NCBI GenBank assembly: GCA_965112735.1
Contig: OZ218952.1
Location: 3,472,001-3,536,000, forward strand
Source: Phaeosaccion multiseriatum
Taxonomy: Eukaryota > Protista > Ochrophyta, other classes
Length of the DNA: 64,000 bases
Reading direction: 5' to 3'
Numbering within the stretch: the stretch's first letter is position 1; each line of letters starts with the position of its first letter. Shown here one piece after another: positions 52,081-64,000 of this stretch. The notes beneath the pieces were generated by a model. The model did not search any database, was not told where the DNA came from, and worked only from the letters and a program-made list of their open reading frames with translations. A program made the position numbers and the translations under genes.

Positions 52081-54105
52081 ATGTTGATGATGAGAGCGAT
52101 GTCGTTGAGGGGAGTGACAAGAGGGTGCTACTCTTGCATTGGCAGGAATAGAAGATCACCCGCAGCAGTAGGAGACACCGCTGCTGAACGGCGTGCCGAC
52201 TCTACTCTCCCTCAGCAGAAGCAGCTGCCGCAGCAATGGTCCTGCTACTCTACTGGGGGAAGTGACAAGGCGAGACAGATACGGCTTATGAGGGAGATCC
52301 AGGATCTGGGGAGGAGCAAGGATTGGAAGAGGGTTGCACCCACTCTGGAGCGCGCACGACAAGAGGGCCTCAAGCCCGATCTGTACTGTATGAGTGCTGC
52401 GATTACCGCGATTGGGAAGAGCGGGCGGTGGAAGGGCGCTTTGCGACTTCTGGCCGAGATGAAAGCAGAAGGACTCTCTCCCGGCGTAATCAGCTACAGC
52501 TCCGCCATTGACGCATGCGCCAGAGCCAGCCAACACGTGGAGGCAATGGTTTTACTGAGGGAGATGAAGGCACAAGGAGTCGCTCCCAATGAAATCAGCT
52601 ACAGTGCCACCATTAACGCATGCGCCAAGGCCAGCCAACACGTGAAGGCATTGGGTTTACTGAGGGAGATGAAGGCGGAAGGACTCGCTCCCAATGAAAT
52701 CAGCTACAACTCCACCATTAACGCATGCGCCAAGGCCAGCCAACACGTGGAGGCATTGATTTTACTGAGGGAGATGAAGGCGGAAGGACTCGCCCCCAAT
52801 GAAATCAGCTACAACTCCACCATTAACGCATGCGCCAAGGCCAGCCAACACGTGGAGGCAATGGGTTTACTGAGGGAGATGAAGGCGGAAGGACTCGCTC
52901 CGGATGAAATCAGCTACAACTCCACCATTAACGCATGCGCCAAGGCCAGCCAACACGTGGAGGCAATGGTTTTACTGAGGGGGATGAAGGCGGAAGGACT
53001 CGCTCCGGATGTAATCAGCTACAGCTCCACCATTAACGCATGCGCCAAGGCCAACCAGCACGTGGAGGCAATGGTTTTACTGAGGGAGATGAAGGCACAA
53101 GGACTCGCTCCCAATGAAATCAGCTACAACTCCACCATTAACGCGTGCGCCAAGACCAACCAACACGTGGAGGCAATGGTTTTACTGAGGGAGATGAAGG
53201 CGGAAGGACTCGCCCCAAATGAAATCAGCTACAACTCCACCATTAACGCATGCGCCAGGGCCAGCCAACACGTGGAGGCATTGGTTTTGCTGAGGGAGAT
53301 GAAGGCGGAAGGACTCACTCCCAATGAAATCAGCTACAACTCAACCATTGACGCATGCGCCAAGGCCAGCCAACACGTGGAGGCAATGGTTTTACTGAGG
53401 GAGATGAAGGCGGAAGGACTCGCGCCGGATGAAATCAGCTACAACTCCACCATTAACGCATGCGCCGGTGCCAGCCAACACGTGGAGGCATTGGTTTTAC
53501 TGAGGGAGATGAAGGCACAAGGACTCGCTCCCAATGCAATCAGCTACAACTCCACCATTAACGCATGCGCCAGGGCCAGCCAACACGTGGAGGCATTGGG
53601 TTTGCTTAGGGGGATGAAGGCGGAAGGACTCGCTCCGGATGTAATCAGCTACAGCTCCACCATTAACGCATGCGCCAGGGCCAGCCAACACTTGGAGGCA
53701 ATGGGTTTACTGAGAGAGATGAAGGCACAAGGACTCACTCCCGACGAAATCAGCTACAGAGCCGTTATAGATGCTCTGCAGGAGGGTGGAGAGGAGGAGG
53801 CTGCTGACGAGCTGTACGCAGAGGCCGTATCGCAAGGGGTCTTCAATCACTGGAAGAAAGGGGGGCAGGAGATGGACTTGCACGCCTTCACCAGGGGAAC
53901 GAGCAAGGCAGCGCTTCGTCACGTGCTCTCCGTGGAGAAGGTGGAGGGTGAGATCATAGTTATCACAGGCCAAGGCCAGGGCAGCGAGGACGGCGTCAGC
54001 GTTCTCAAGCCCGCAGTGCTGGCCTACTTACAGGAGAGGCCGGGCGTCGAAGTGTGGGCGGACAAACACAACCCGGGGAGGGTGGTGATGCGGGTCGCTG
54101 TATGA
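52081..54105 (+). CDS. PPR-SMR copy 4 (12 core repeats), intact presequence
   Basis: Open ORF. Array at 52486-53745. Smr motifs MDLHAF...VITGQGQGS...NPGRVV. Confidence 0.93.
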   Translation: MLMMRAMSLRGVTRGCYSCIGRNRRSPAAVGDTAAERRADSTLPQQKQLPQQWSCYSTGGSDKARQIRLMREIQDLGRSKDWKRVAPTLERARQEGLKPDLYCMSAAITAIGKSGRWKGALRLLAEMKAEGLSPGVISYSSAIDACARASQHVEAMVLLREMKAQGVAPNEISYSATINACAKASQHVKALGLLREMKAEGLAPNEISYNSTINACAKASQHVEALILLREMKAEGLAPNEISYNSTINACAKASQHVEAMGLLREMKAEGLAPDEISYNSTINACAKASQHVEAMVLLRGMKAEGLAPDVISYSSTINACAKANQHVEAMVLLREMKAQGLAPNEISYNSTINACAKTNQHVEAMVLLREMKAEGLAPNEISYNSTINACARASQHVEALVLLREMKAEGLTPNEISYNSTIDACAKASQHVEAMVLLREMKAEGLAPDEISYNSTINACAGASQHVEALVLLREMKAQGLAPNAISYNSTINACARASQHVEALGLLRGMKAEGLAPDVISYSSTINACARASQHLEAMGLLREMKAQGLTPDEISYRAVIDALQEGGEEEAADELYAEAVSQGVFNHWKKGGQEMDLHAFTRGTSKAALRHVLSVEKVEGEIIVITGQGQGSEDGVSVLKPAVLAYLQERPGVEVWADKHNPGRVVMRVAV

Positions 54106-54270
54106 GCTACTGTAGTAGTAGTTCAAGCAAGAGGGAGGAGATAGGAGGAAGGGGAAGTAAAGCCTGAAGTAAAGAAGTTTTGAAAAGAAAAGAAAGGGCA
54201 GATGATCCCCCAAACTGCCACTTTTCAATTTTCCTTTTCCTCCTGCTCTCCACGCTTTTATGCAAAGATC

Positions 54271-55645
54271 ATGAGTGCTGTACGTGAGAGGCCGATGCGG
54301 CGGGATATATCTGGCCGGGACAGCGCAGCTACGGCCGCTTTCCTTGCCCAACCACCGCAAAGTCCGGAAACAGGACGAGGGGGTGGGGGCGAGCGGGAGG
54401 GGAGCGCGGGGTTGATGCGGTTCCTCGAGCACGCAGCGTCCCTGCTGGAAGGAGAGGCCAAGGAGCTGAATGATAAGCTGCAGCTGACTCTGCCGTCTGT
54501 GGAGGAGTCGCATCAGCTGGAGTGGGAGAAGCACACCCACACGGAAGAAGTGGAGAGGTTGGGCAGGCGGAAGGCAGACATTCAAGCTCAGTTGGCCCAA
54601 GTAGTAGCTGCGATGAAGGACAGAGAGACTGATATACAGCGTATGAAGGCCGAGCAACTGCAAGACCGTATGAATGTGCAGCGTCTGCTGGCGTTATCAC
54701 AGCCTGTAGGGGCAGACCTTACAGCTGAGTTCCGTCGAAAGCGCCGTGTTCCTGCCCCTGCTGGTGGCAGGACGGGAGCACCCCCCTCGCCTACTCCAAG
54801 ACCAGGAGGGAGAGAGAAAGGCGGAGAAGGGACAGGTGGAGGAGGTAAACAGCCGGGCGGCGGCGGCGGCGGTGGCGGTGGTGGTGGTGGGGCTGGTGAC
54901 GAGAAGAAGAGGCGAGATGCTGTGGACGAGAAGCTACGGGAAGCGCAGTTGCGACAAAGGAGCACGCGGGGCTACCAAACGTTCCTGGAAGGCCGCCTTC
55001 AGTCCACTCGCGAGCACGTGGCCGCCGTGCGATCCATCGGTAGGGACTACCTCCAAGCCATTAGCGACGATAAGGTCGAGCGACGCCTCCAGGCAGAGCT
55101 GTACCGCTCCTTTGCCCAGGACACCAAGGCCAGGCTCGCCAAGAGGCTGGAGGTATGGATGTTGGTAGCGTACTTTCACTCACTCACTTTGTGCTGCTAT
55201 TATGCTTTCATTTGTCCTGAGCCTATCATGCCTGCACCCCACATTAATTAATTTTTCATATTTAATACGGTCGCTCCGTCACTCGTCCACACACACACAG
55301 CTGGTGGAGAGGCAACTGCACGGCGTCACAGGCGAGTATTTGATCCTCCGCCACAACGCGCGTGTGTCACATGTGACCAACTTGGAGGACAAGAAGGCGT
55401 GTCTGCTCGAGCGGCGCCGCATTGACTCCGAGCTGGACAGGGTGCGGAGGGCCGGAGTGGAGCAGATGGAGGCGTACGATGCAGCCGTGGAGGGGAAGGT
55501 GGAGGATATCGTCGAGGGACTGAGGCAGGTGGGTCGGTCAGTCAGTCAGTCAGTGAACAAGGCGAAGGGGGGGGGGTAAGGTTGGTCTGACTCTTTCGTT
55601 CTCCCCCCTGATGACGAGCCGTCCGGGCCAGCAAACGCGAAACCA

Positions 55646-55701
<56 letters not shown>

Positions 55702-56100
55702 GTCTCCCCACCCCCCTCTCTCTGTGTAGATTGCGTGCGTGCACGCCTCCACCACACAACTGAAGGTCAAAGTCAAAACTCAGCTCCGCGGTTGGCAGTG
55801 TCCCTCCACCCCACCCACCCCACCCACCCCTACCCCCCCGACCCTCCCTACTCCCCACACCACACCCAGGCCCTGATGCGCGAGGACGTGAAGCTTCAGC
55901 GGACAAGACTCCACTTTACTTCCGTCAAAGACGCCAACGAGAGGATCATTGCAGAGCTTCAGAGAGCCATCAAGGGGCACCGCAGAGGGTATGCAGGCCT
56001 CAACTTCCGCAGAGGACAGGACCTGGAGTGGCTCAATGGGAAGCTTAGAGACATCCGGGAGGAGCTCCGAAAGGCTGAGACGGGAGGTTTCTACGGATAG
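54271..56100 (+). CDS. CCDC77-like coiled-coil protein, 3 exons
   Basis: ESHQLEWE...EEVERL, QDRMNVQRLLALSQPV, LHGVTGEYLILRHN and RRGQDLEWL resemble the CCDC77 pattern. GT-AG introns at ~55153-55300 and ~55529-55869. Confidence 0.65.
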
Positions 56101-56200
56101 GGTAGGGAGGAGGGAAGAGGGTCCGAGGGTGGGGTGTCGGGGACAAGTCGGCCACACCCATACATACAACATGTAAATAAACGCAAAGAATTGTTGTAAA

Positions 56201-56401
56201 CACTCGATTTGCGTAAGAATCGCCCAAATCGCCCCGTTTTTTAGGTATCGGGCGGTAAGGGGGAGTGCTCCTCCATCCCCTTGTGTCGGTGGGCATCTCA
56301 AAGAGCTACACGAAGAGCTATAGCGCTTCTCCCAGCGTCATTTTGCGGATTTCGTGCAATCGGGGCAATTTGGGCGATTCTTACAGTACGCAAATCGAGT
56401 G
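56201..56401. mobile_element. Small inverted-repeat (MITE-like) element
   Basis: CACTCGATTTGCGTA[AGAATCGCCCAAATCGCCCCG] at 56201-56236 is inverted at 56361-56401, with one small indel and one mismatch. No clear TSD. Confidence 0.55.
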
Positions 56402-56836
56402 TAAGAATAGAAATAAAAAATACTAGAAGTAATACTTCTAGTAAAAAGAGAGGGAAGGAGAACAAGAGGAAGAGAAGGGAAGAAGGAAGACACCTGCAAA
56501 GGACCTTTGAAATACAGAGAGAGAAAGGAGCAAAAAAAAAGAGGAGAGAGAGGAAGGAGCAAAAAAAAGGACTATTGAATGCAAAGAGAGGAAGGAGCGC
56601 ACAAACAAGACACATGTTACATACAATGACTTGGCAGACTGTACAAGTACATGTATTATTTCGCTTGCGCACATATACAGTATGTGCCTGTCTGCCTATT
56701 CCATCCGGAGAGAGGAGAAGTGGTGGGACGGGGGGCTTCACCCCTTCCCTGAAGTGCTCATGCCCCCACCCATCAAATCTATCTCCGTCTCCCTTCAATT
56801 GGTTGGCCGCTGTCATGTTTCTCCTCCTCCGCCCAT

Positions 56837-59245
56837 CTACCTATTCGTCGTGTCTGCTGATGCGTGCCCATTCCCCATGGGAGCGTCAGCAACACTACCA
56901 CCACCAGGTTCCTCATCCTTCTCCTCCTCCTCCTCCTCCTCCTCCTCCTCCTCCTCCTGTTCTATGCCCCCGGCATCCCCGCCTCCTCTCTCCTCCTCCT
57001 CGTCCCCCCCTTCTTCCTCCCCCTCGTCGTCGTCGTCGCTCTCCTCCCCAGGCTTCCTCAGCGCTGGGAGTTGATCGACTTGGAAGGCACTTCCTACACG
57101 TGGTTGCTCTCCCTCCGTGCCCCCCTTTCCACGCCAGGTGCTCATCCACCTATCCTCTCCTCCTCGCATGCCATTACTACTAGTGGCACCATTGTTGCTA
57201 CTGCCACTACTGCTACTCCCGCCCTTGCTGCCACCTCCACCGGCCGTCCCAGCGTCTATTGAAGCTGCTGACCCTGGCCTTGGAGTGGCGATTTCTCCCC
57301 CCCCCTGCTCCTTCTTCTTCTCCCCCCCTTGCTTATGCTTAGCACCTCCCCCTCTATTGCGTGCTGCCGCAGCTCCGTTGCCAACTGTATCACCAACTGC
57401 TGCTGCTGCTGCTACTGCAGTTGTTTCCAGCGACTCCTTCCCTGCTGCCGTCGCTTTGGGTGAATCACCCTCCTCTCCAGCCCCTCCCGTCCCTCTTCCT
57501 TTGCCCTTTGATGCTACTGCCTGTGCTGCCTTGCTGCTCTCTCCTTCGTTGGTTGCCCCCCTTGCAGCTCCCCCTCCCTCTTCCTCCGGGGCTGCTCCTG
57601 CCACCCTACCACCACCACCACCACCACCACCACCATCACCGCCCAGGGCCTTTCCGTCTCCTTCTCTTCCTCCTGTCGATGATCCGGGCAAGGAGGAGGA
57701 CGACGGCGCCAAAGCCTGTGGTGCGGCCTTTGAAGCCTGTGGGGCCTGCTTCTCCTGCACAAACGTATCCCCTAGCTGTGTGTATGTGTAGAGCTGATTG
57801 TACAATGTGGCCTTGTGTTTGGTCACGTTGAGCAAGCGCGTATAAGGAGCCTTACATGCCGCTGCCGCCTCTCGCATGGCCGCCCATCGAGGGGACGTTT
57901 TGAAATTGTCGGCAATCTCCTTCCACCTCTTGATCTTGAGAAGCTCGCTGGTGATCAAGTCCACCTGCTTGTCCTTGTTCTTCAACGACTCCAGCGTGCT
58001 CGCCATCTGTGGGGTACGTAACGGTCATGCCATGTCATGTGGGTATTACGCACTTACTGACACACCTCCACAGACAGCAAAGAGGAAGACACCTTCACAT
58101 ACAGAGACTGACAAAACACAACAATACACCCCCACACACAACAGAACTGGCACGACACACCTTGCCACAACACACCCAGACTTTCACAAAGAGAGACTGA
58201 CAAATGACAAATGACAAATAACAAGCACATACCCCACACCAGACCAGAGAATAATACAGCGCACAACGCACCTTCTGGTCGTACTCGCTGGCGGGCAGGA
58301 GATGCCTACACTGCTCGAGGCGATGTCGCTCCCCCTGCACCTCGGCCACCATTGAGGTGAGCGCATCTCTTGTCGAGGTCAGCACTTGCCACTTCTCCTT
58401 CATTATCACCAGGTGCTTGGCTGCGTGTGTGGGTGTGATGGCGTGCGTGTGTAACGTGTGCGTGTGTGTGAGTGACAGGGGGATTGGATTGTATATCAGA
58501 TATAGAGAACAAAGGAACAGAAAGAGAAAGAATAGAACGGGAAATTAGGCCTAGGCAGAGATGGGAGTGGCACCATTCAAACACCCAACTTGGTCCTTGT
58601 ACATTGCCGCCGCCGTAGCCGTAATGGGCGCCTGCTCTCCCCCAGACACCCAAAACCCCAAACCCAAGTACATGTCCATGCAATAACAGATACACACACA
58701 AACGCCTCACCGTAGATGTCGTTGGCCTCGAGCTGGAGCTTCTCCATAGTGTGCGCTCCGTCTCTGTTAGGAGGGGAGTGCGGTGGAGACACCATTGGCG
58801 GAGTGGAGTGGAGAGGTGGGGAGTGAAGGAACGACAATAAGAGTGGAGTGGAGTGGAGTGGGCAGGCAAGACAGGCAGCGAGTGAGCGTACACAACACAT
58901 GTCATGGGCACATCGACGCATATACCTGCACATACACCCATACCCCTGCACATAGATCCATATACCTGAGTTTCATATAGTGGCTCTTGATGAAGGCCAT
59001 TTGATTGCCAATGTCCGCCTCCACGTTCACTAGTTGGTCGGGGTCCAGGCGCGGCGCTGCGTGAACAGTGGGGAGGAGGAGGAGGAGGAGGAGGAGGAGG
59101 AGGGGGGAAGGGAGGGGACGTTGGTGGGTGGGGAGGAGGAGGCATAAGACCGACGAGTACGTATCAAGACGTATGTACTTGCGCGGGTAAGTGTGAATGC
59201 TCATCGGAAAGCGAGAAAGATGACGGGGGGAAACGCGCACACACA

Positions 59246-59288
<43 letters not shown>

Positions 59289-59705
59289 GCATCATCTCTT
59301 TGTAACAAAACTATACAGCATCATCTCGTGCTCGCTAACTCGCTCACTCACTCACCGCGTCTAGACATGGCGGGGGGGGGCTTGGGCCTCCCCTCCTTCA
59401 CCGCGTCAACCTCAGCCTTGTATCTCCTCACAAAGTGCTTGCCCAGAGTCACCATCTCCTTCTCGAAAAACGCGTCATTCTTAGCAAAGCCCTGCGCTGT
59501 GGTGTAGGCTTCGTAGTAGCTCTGCGTTCGTGACGTGTGTGTGTGGGGGGGGGGGGGATGTATGTATGTGTGTGTGAGTGCGTGTGTGCGTGTGTGTGTG
59601 GTGTATTCCCTTCATTCGTCGTCAGTTTAGGGGGACTCGGCGATCGGCATCCCAAGAGACGTGTGGGTGTGGGGTGAGAGACGCACACAGGGAGAGAGAG
59701 AGACA

Positions 59706-59736
<31 letters not shown>

Positions 59737-60797
59737 TGCAATACAAAGTCCAAAACAAAATGTGTGTATGCGCGCGTGTATGTAAAAGGGTTGTATCGTT
59801 GCCGTCACCCCTCACCTTGTTCTTCTTCAGTCTGTCGTTGACGAAGGCAGCCTTGGCGTAGTCCGGCCCTATCCGGCCCGTCCTGAACCACCAGTCATAC
59901 TCCCTCTCACTCAAGCTCGCTGCCTTGCCCACCTGGAGAGGGACAGAGAGGAAGGGGGGTAGGTGCGGTGAGTGGGAGGATGGCCGTATTATACGGGGGG
60001 TGGTGGGAGAGAGAATGGGCCAAGAGGGAGAGCAGAAGCAAGGGGTAGTAGGGGTCCGCAGGAGACGAAGGGGAGGGAGGGGGCCCAAGAGGGTGGAGGG
60101 GCGTGGAGTTGTAGTACAGAGGTCAGAGGTTGGCTTTACCCAGAGGAGGGGTGGGGTGGGGTGGACAGGATTGAGAGAAGGGTAAAAGCAAAGGTGTGTT
60201 GACTAGAGAACGGGAGCAAGAACAGTGACGGGATGGGCCCCAACGCTCCCAATGCTTACGCGAAAGTTATACGTAATATGCACAGGCTTACCTTTGCGAG
60301 GGCTGTGGCCTCTGCCGAAGCTTGGACGTGGGTGAGTTCCACATCCATGAGCGTCGCCAGCCACATGTTGCTCTTATTGCCGGTCTCGCCCTGCTGCAGG
60401 ATGCCCCCCGTATCTGCGCTGCCCGGCGACGCACCCCCCAGGGCTGCTCCTGGCTTCTGCTGCTGCTGATATTGGTGCCCCTGCTGCTGTTTCCCCACCC
60501 CCCCCCTCTTGGGGCCTCCATTGGCACCGCCACCTCCTCCTGCCGCTGGAGAGGATGATTTGCGTTGCTTGGCCGGACCACGCGAGAACTGCCGCACCTC
60601 CTGCTGCTGCTGCTGCTGCTGTTGATGACTGATGCTCGCGGGGTACTGTTGCTGCTGCTGCAGAAAGCCTTGTGGTTTCTGCTGCCGGCGCACTGCTGTT
60701 GGTTGCTGCTGCTGCTGTTGCTGCTGCTGCTGTTGCTGCTGATTCAATTGCCGCCCCTGCTGCTGTTGAAACTGCTGCTGCTGACTCAATTGCCGCC

Positions 60798-60828
<31 letters not shown>

Positions 60829-61125
60829 ATCCTGCTGGCCTGCCGTGTTGAAGTGCTGCACCCGCGTAGGAAGTAGACTAATCACAGGAGACCTCTGCGC
60901 CACTTTGGGGGCGTTGGGGGCCGTCCTCGTGGCGAGCTTCACCCCCCCCCCTGGCACAATCAGTGGCCCTCCCCCGCTCACCCCCCCCGCGGACAGCGGC
61001 CTACTAAGGCCAGGAAGTGCGCCCCCCCCTCCAAAGCGGGGGCTCCCTCCCGCACCACCTGCTGCTGTGCCGATGCCGGCGCTGCTGCCACCTCCTTCTG
61101 AATAGCCTGGTTGTTGTTGTTGTTG

Positions 61126-61156
<31 letters not shown>

Positions 61157-61555
61157 TGTTGGCCTCCGCTCAGCCCCCCCACCCCTCCCCTCGGCGGCGG
61201 GCCCTGCTGCCTACGCTTCAAAGCCCCCTCTTGGTCCGAATGGCTTGGGCTCAGGGGCCGCTTTCGCACCCCCCCTCCTCCTCCTCCTCCTCCTCCTCCT
61301 GCTGCTGCTGCTGGTGCTCCGCCTGCTGCTCCTCCTCCAGCTGCTCCTCCTCCTCCGCCTGCCGCTCCATAGTAATCTGATTGCGCCTGAGGAGCTCCCC
61401 CCGGGCTGCGCGGCCACGGTTGCTGCCGCTGGTTACCCACAAGGGGAAAGCCGCTGCGATTCGCCGGTGGAGCCTGCTGAAGGTGGGGAGCCTGTGTCTG
61501 GAGGTGGGGAGGCGACGGTAGCTGCTGATGCTGTTGATGGTGGTGTGGGTGATGA

Positions 61556-61596
<41 letters not shown>

Positions 61597-61691
61597 CTGC
61601 ATCTGTTGCATTTGATGGAGCTGCATCCTCTCCTTCTGCAGGCCCTGGTCGCCATACTGCTGCTGATGGATGTACTCCTCCTGCTGCCGCC

Positions 61692-61723
<32 letters not shown>

Positions 61724-62700
61724 GATTGCGGAAAGCCCGGCCTCATAAACCCGATGGAAAGGGGATACACGCCACCCGTAATGAGTGACACAATCTCCTG
61801 AAACTGAGCTCCGCGCACTCCCGTCTGCCCGACCGATACCAAGATATCGTGCACCTTCACCCCGAGCGACTCCGCTGTGCCCATCTCACCCGTCGTGCTG
61901 TTGAGGGGCAGCGCAGAGATGTAGGTGCGTCCGTTGTCGTGCTGTGTGATTGTGTTCGTTGACATGTGTTGGTGGACGTGGGAACAGGTGAGGGTGAAGG
62001 GGATAGGGCAGAGAGAGGGGGGGTGGGGTTAGAGGAGGAGGTTTCATTCACGGAGACAGCGGGGCGGTAGATCGGAGGGGGTGGAGTGGGGGGGGGGGGG
62101 GGGGGAGAACTGAATCCTACAGTAGGAGGAGAGGCAGCAGCGAAAGGGCGAGTACTTCCTTGACGGGGGCGGCGGAGCTGAGACACAGACACCAATCAAC
62201 CCTTGTCAACACCCCTCCCCTCCAATAACACTACACTCGTTGTAAAGCATCAACGCCCCCGTCATCTCTGTGAAGAGCAGCATCCGTTCGCTCCAACAGC
62301 ACTTCCCAAACGCCTACGTCTAGAGGCAAGAGTCTCGGGGGCCGTATGGAAAAGAAAAGCAAGCAAAGCACCCGGACTCACACGACTCAACCTCGCTGAG
62401 CACACAGGGGGCACTCCTCATCAAAAACATCCTCATCTGTCTCCGTCTTGCTCTCTCTGTATATCGCTCCTTACCTCCAGGGTGAGGCCCATCCCACTGG
62501 CCTGGGGGAAAGAGACGGTGTATCCCACAGATCCATCCATGGCGCCTCCCCCCCCCCCCACCCCCAACCCAGACGGGTGGTCGCCTACTTCACCTGCGCG
62601 TGCAGGTTCGGAGCGTCGAGAGGTGGCGGCAGAGGGTGGGCGCAATGACGAAGGCGTGGGGATGAGGTGGTCAGCTTCCACAAGGAGAGAGGAGGGGAGG
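56837..62700 (-). CDS. Multi-exon protein with a PDZ-like domain, poly-Q region, coiled coil and C-terminal ELM2-like motif
   Basis: YTVSFPQASGMGLTLE|...GRTYISAL...AESLGVKVHDILVSVG...VYPLSIGFMRP (PDZ-like). Long CAG-encoded exon ~61940-60291, several short exons 59932-58273, and a last exon with PRVGSAFQVDQLP. The 5' end was not resolved. Confidence 0.6.
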
Positions 62701-64000
62701 GTGCAGCTGAATGGTGAAATGGGGAAGGGGCCGGAGCGGAGATGAGCCGATGATGATGATGAGACTCATGTGCAATCCATCCGGCCATCTTTTCTCTCTC
62801 TTGCTCCACAGAGAACCCCCCCCCCACACACACACCGTGGTGGTTGTGTCCATTGCATCCTGTGAGGCCCCTAGCCCACCCTTCTCCTCCTCCTCTCCGC
62901 GTCCCTGCTGCTTTCGTTTTCCTTTCCGCCAGTCCCCTCTCGTCCCCTCCCTACCTTGGAAGGATCCTTTACCGCCAAAACTACCCCAGGTTGCTCACCC
63001 TGAGCAAGACAGACACGGCTTCAAAGCTTTCCGAGCTCCGTGCAGTGCAGGGAGCCGCGGGCAACGCGTGGGCACCTCGTATGCCTCCCTGGGTCCAACA
63101 GGGGTGGCCCAGCCCAGAGAGAAAAAGGGGGTAGATGGCAGAGAGAGCAAAACGGGGGGGAGGTCGTGTTTGCGAACGACGATTTGGCTCTAGCCTCCCT
63201 TTTTCTCTTCCACCTCCGCTCCTCTACCGGCTCCTATCGAGCCTCAATGATGGCCACCACCCCCTCCGCCCCCCTTTTTGGTCAAACGCCCCCGCCTCTG
63301 CAATCACAGCCACGCCCCCTCGGGAAAAAGAAATTCCACATCCATAACAACAACAACCCCCCTTTTCCCCTCGTCCCCCAGGCTGTCGAATTCTCGGTAG
63401 TGCAAGATAGCGCGCGCCAGCTGACGCCGATGGGAGCTAGCAGCTAGCTCACGCCGGCGGCGGCAGCTGATGGTTGGCCGGCCGGCCGGCCGATCGGCCG
63501 GTAGCAGGTCAAGGCCGGCTGACACGGGCGGTAGTGCGGTAGTAGCAGGTAGCTCGTCAGGGGTCGAGGTAGCGACAACACCGGCACCGGACAAGAGAGG
63601 CGAGGAGCTGGCGGGAGGGGGGGGGGGGGGTGAGGACAGAGGAAAGCATTTTGGTTTTTGATGCATGCATCGGCTGGTCCTCGTGTCATCGAGTTGTTAT
63701 GGAGGAAACGAAGGAGCCCCTCTGGTGGGCCCTGTGGGAGACAGGAGGGGCGGAAGGACATGGAATTAACATGCTAATTAACAGTGAATTATTATATCAA
63801 GGAATGAGAGCTCCTCCGCTTGCTTGCTTGCTAAAGTCGAGGAGCGAATCCACCACCTTGGGTGGCCATCGCAACTGATTCTCTAGGTAGGACCTGCAGA
63901 CAGTGGATGACGGTGGATGGGGAGAGGGCGGGAAAAGCATCGGGGAGGGGCAGGGTGAGGTACACGTGATGCCAAGCGAACAACATAGTCGCGGCTTCAG

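Noticed and set aside
63400-63570. Second copy of the 3333-3646 MITE (GTCAGGGGTCGA at 63556-63567, GC palindromes)
   Set aside because: Only a 12-bp TIR match with no left TIR or TSD. At best a very degenerate relic.

Overview
Eukaryotic, intron-rich, microsatellite-laden nuclear DNA. An ochrophyte-type alga is inferred from the signal-peptide-like leader on the formyltransferase. Spliced genes: a cyclic-nucleotide-binding PKA-R/PKG-like gene (runs off the left edge), mitochondrial ribosomal protein bL9, COP9 signalosome subunit 2, a large ankyrin + ZNF598-PAH-like + EH-domain gene, a degenerate trypsin-like gene, methionyl-tRNA formyltransferase, FANCB-like, CCDC77-like and a PDZ/poly-Q/ELM2-like gene. 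The stand-out feature is a family of four intronless, probably mitochondrion-targeted PPR-SMR genes (13674, 36428/36628, 44120, 52081). They have 9, 14, 14 and 12 near-identical 105-bp core repeats. The base-specifying residues toggle between S/N (position 5) and N/D (position 35), so each paralogue spells a different predicted RNA target in front of a putative Smr nuclease. Three copies lie in a ~7.7-kb tandem array. There the co-duplicated FANCB-like neighbour has decayed while the PPR-SMR array/Smr frames stay open, and one further unit appears to have lost its PPR gene. This looks like a TALE-like, recombination-diversified, programmable RNA-binding/cleaving family under birth-and-death evolution. 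Also present: a 5'-truncated CRE-type retrotransposon with a 15-bp TSD and two MITE-like elements. All gene identities come from motif recognition by eye, not database searches, and exon boundaries were inferred manually.
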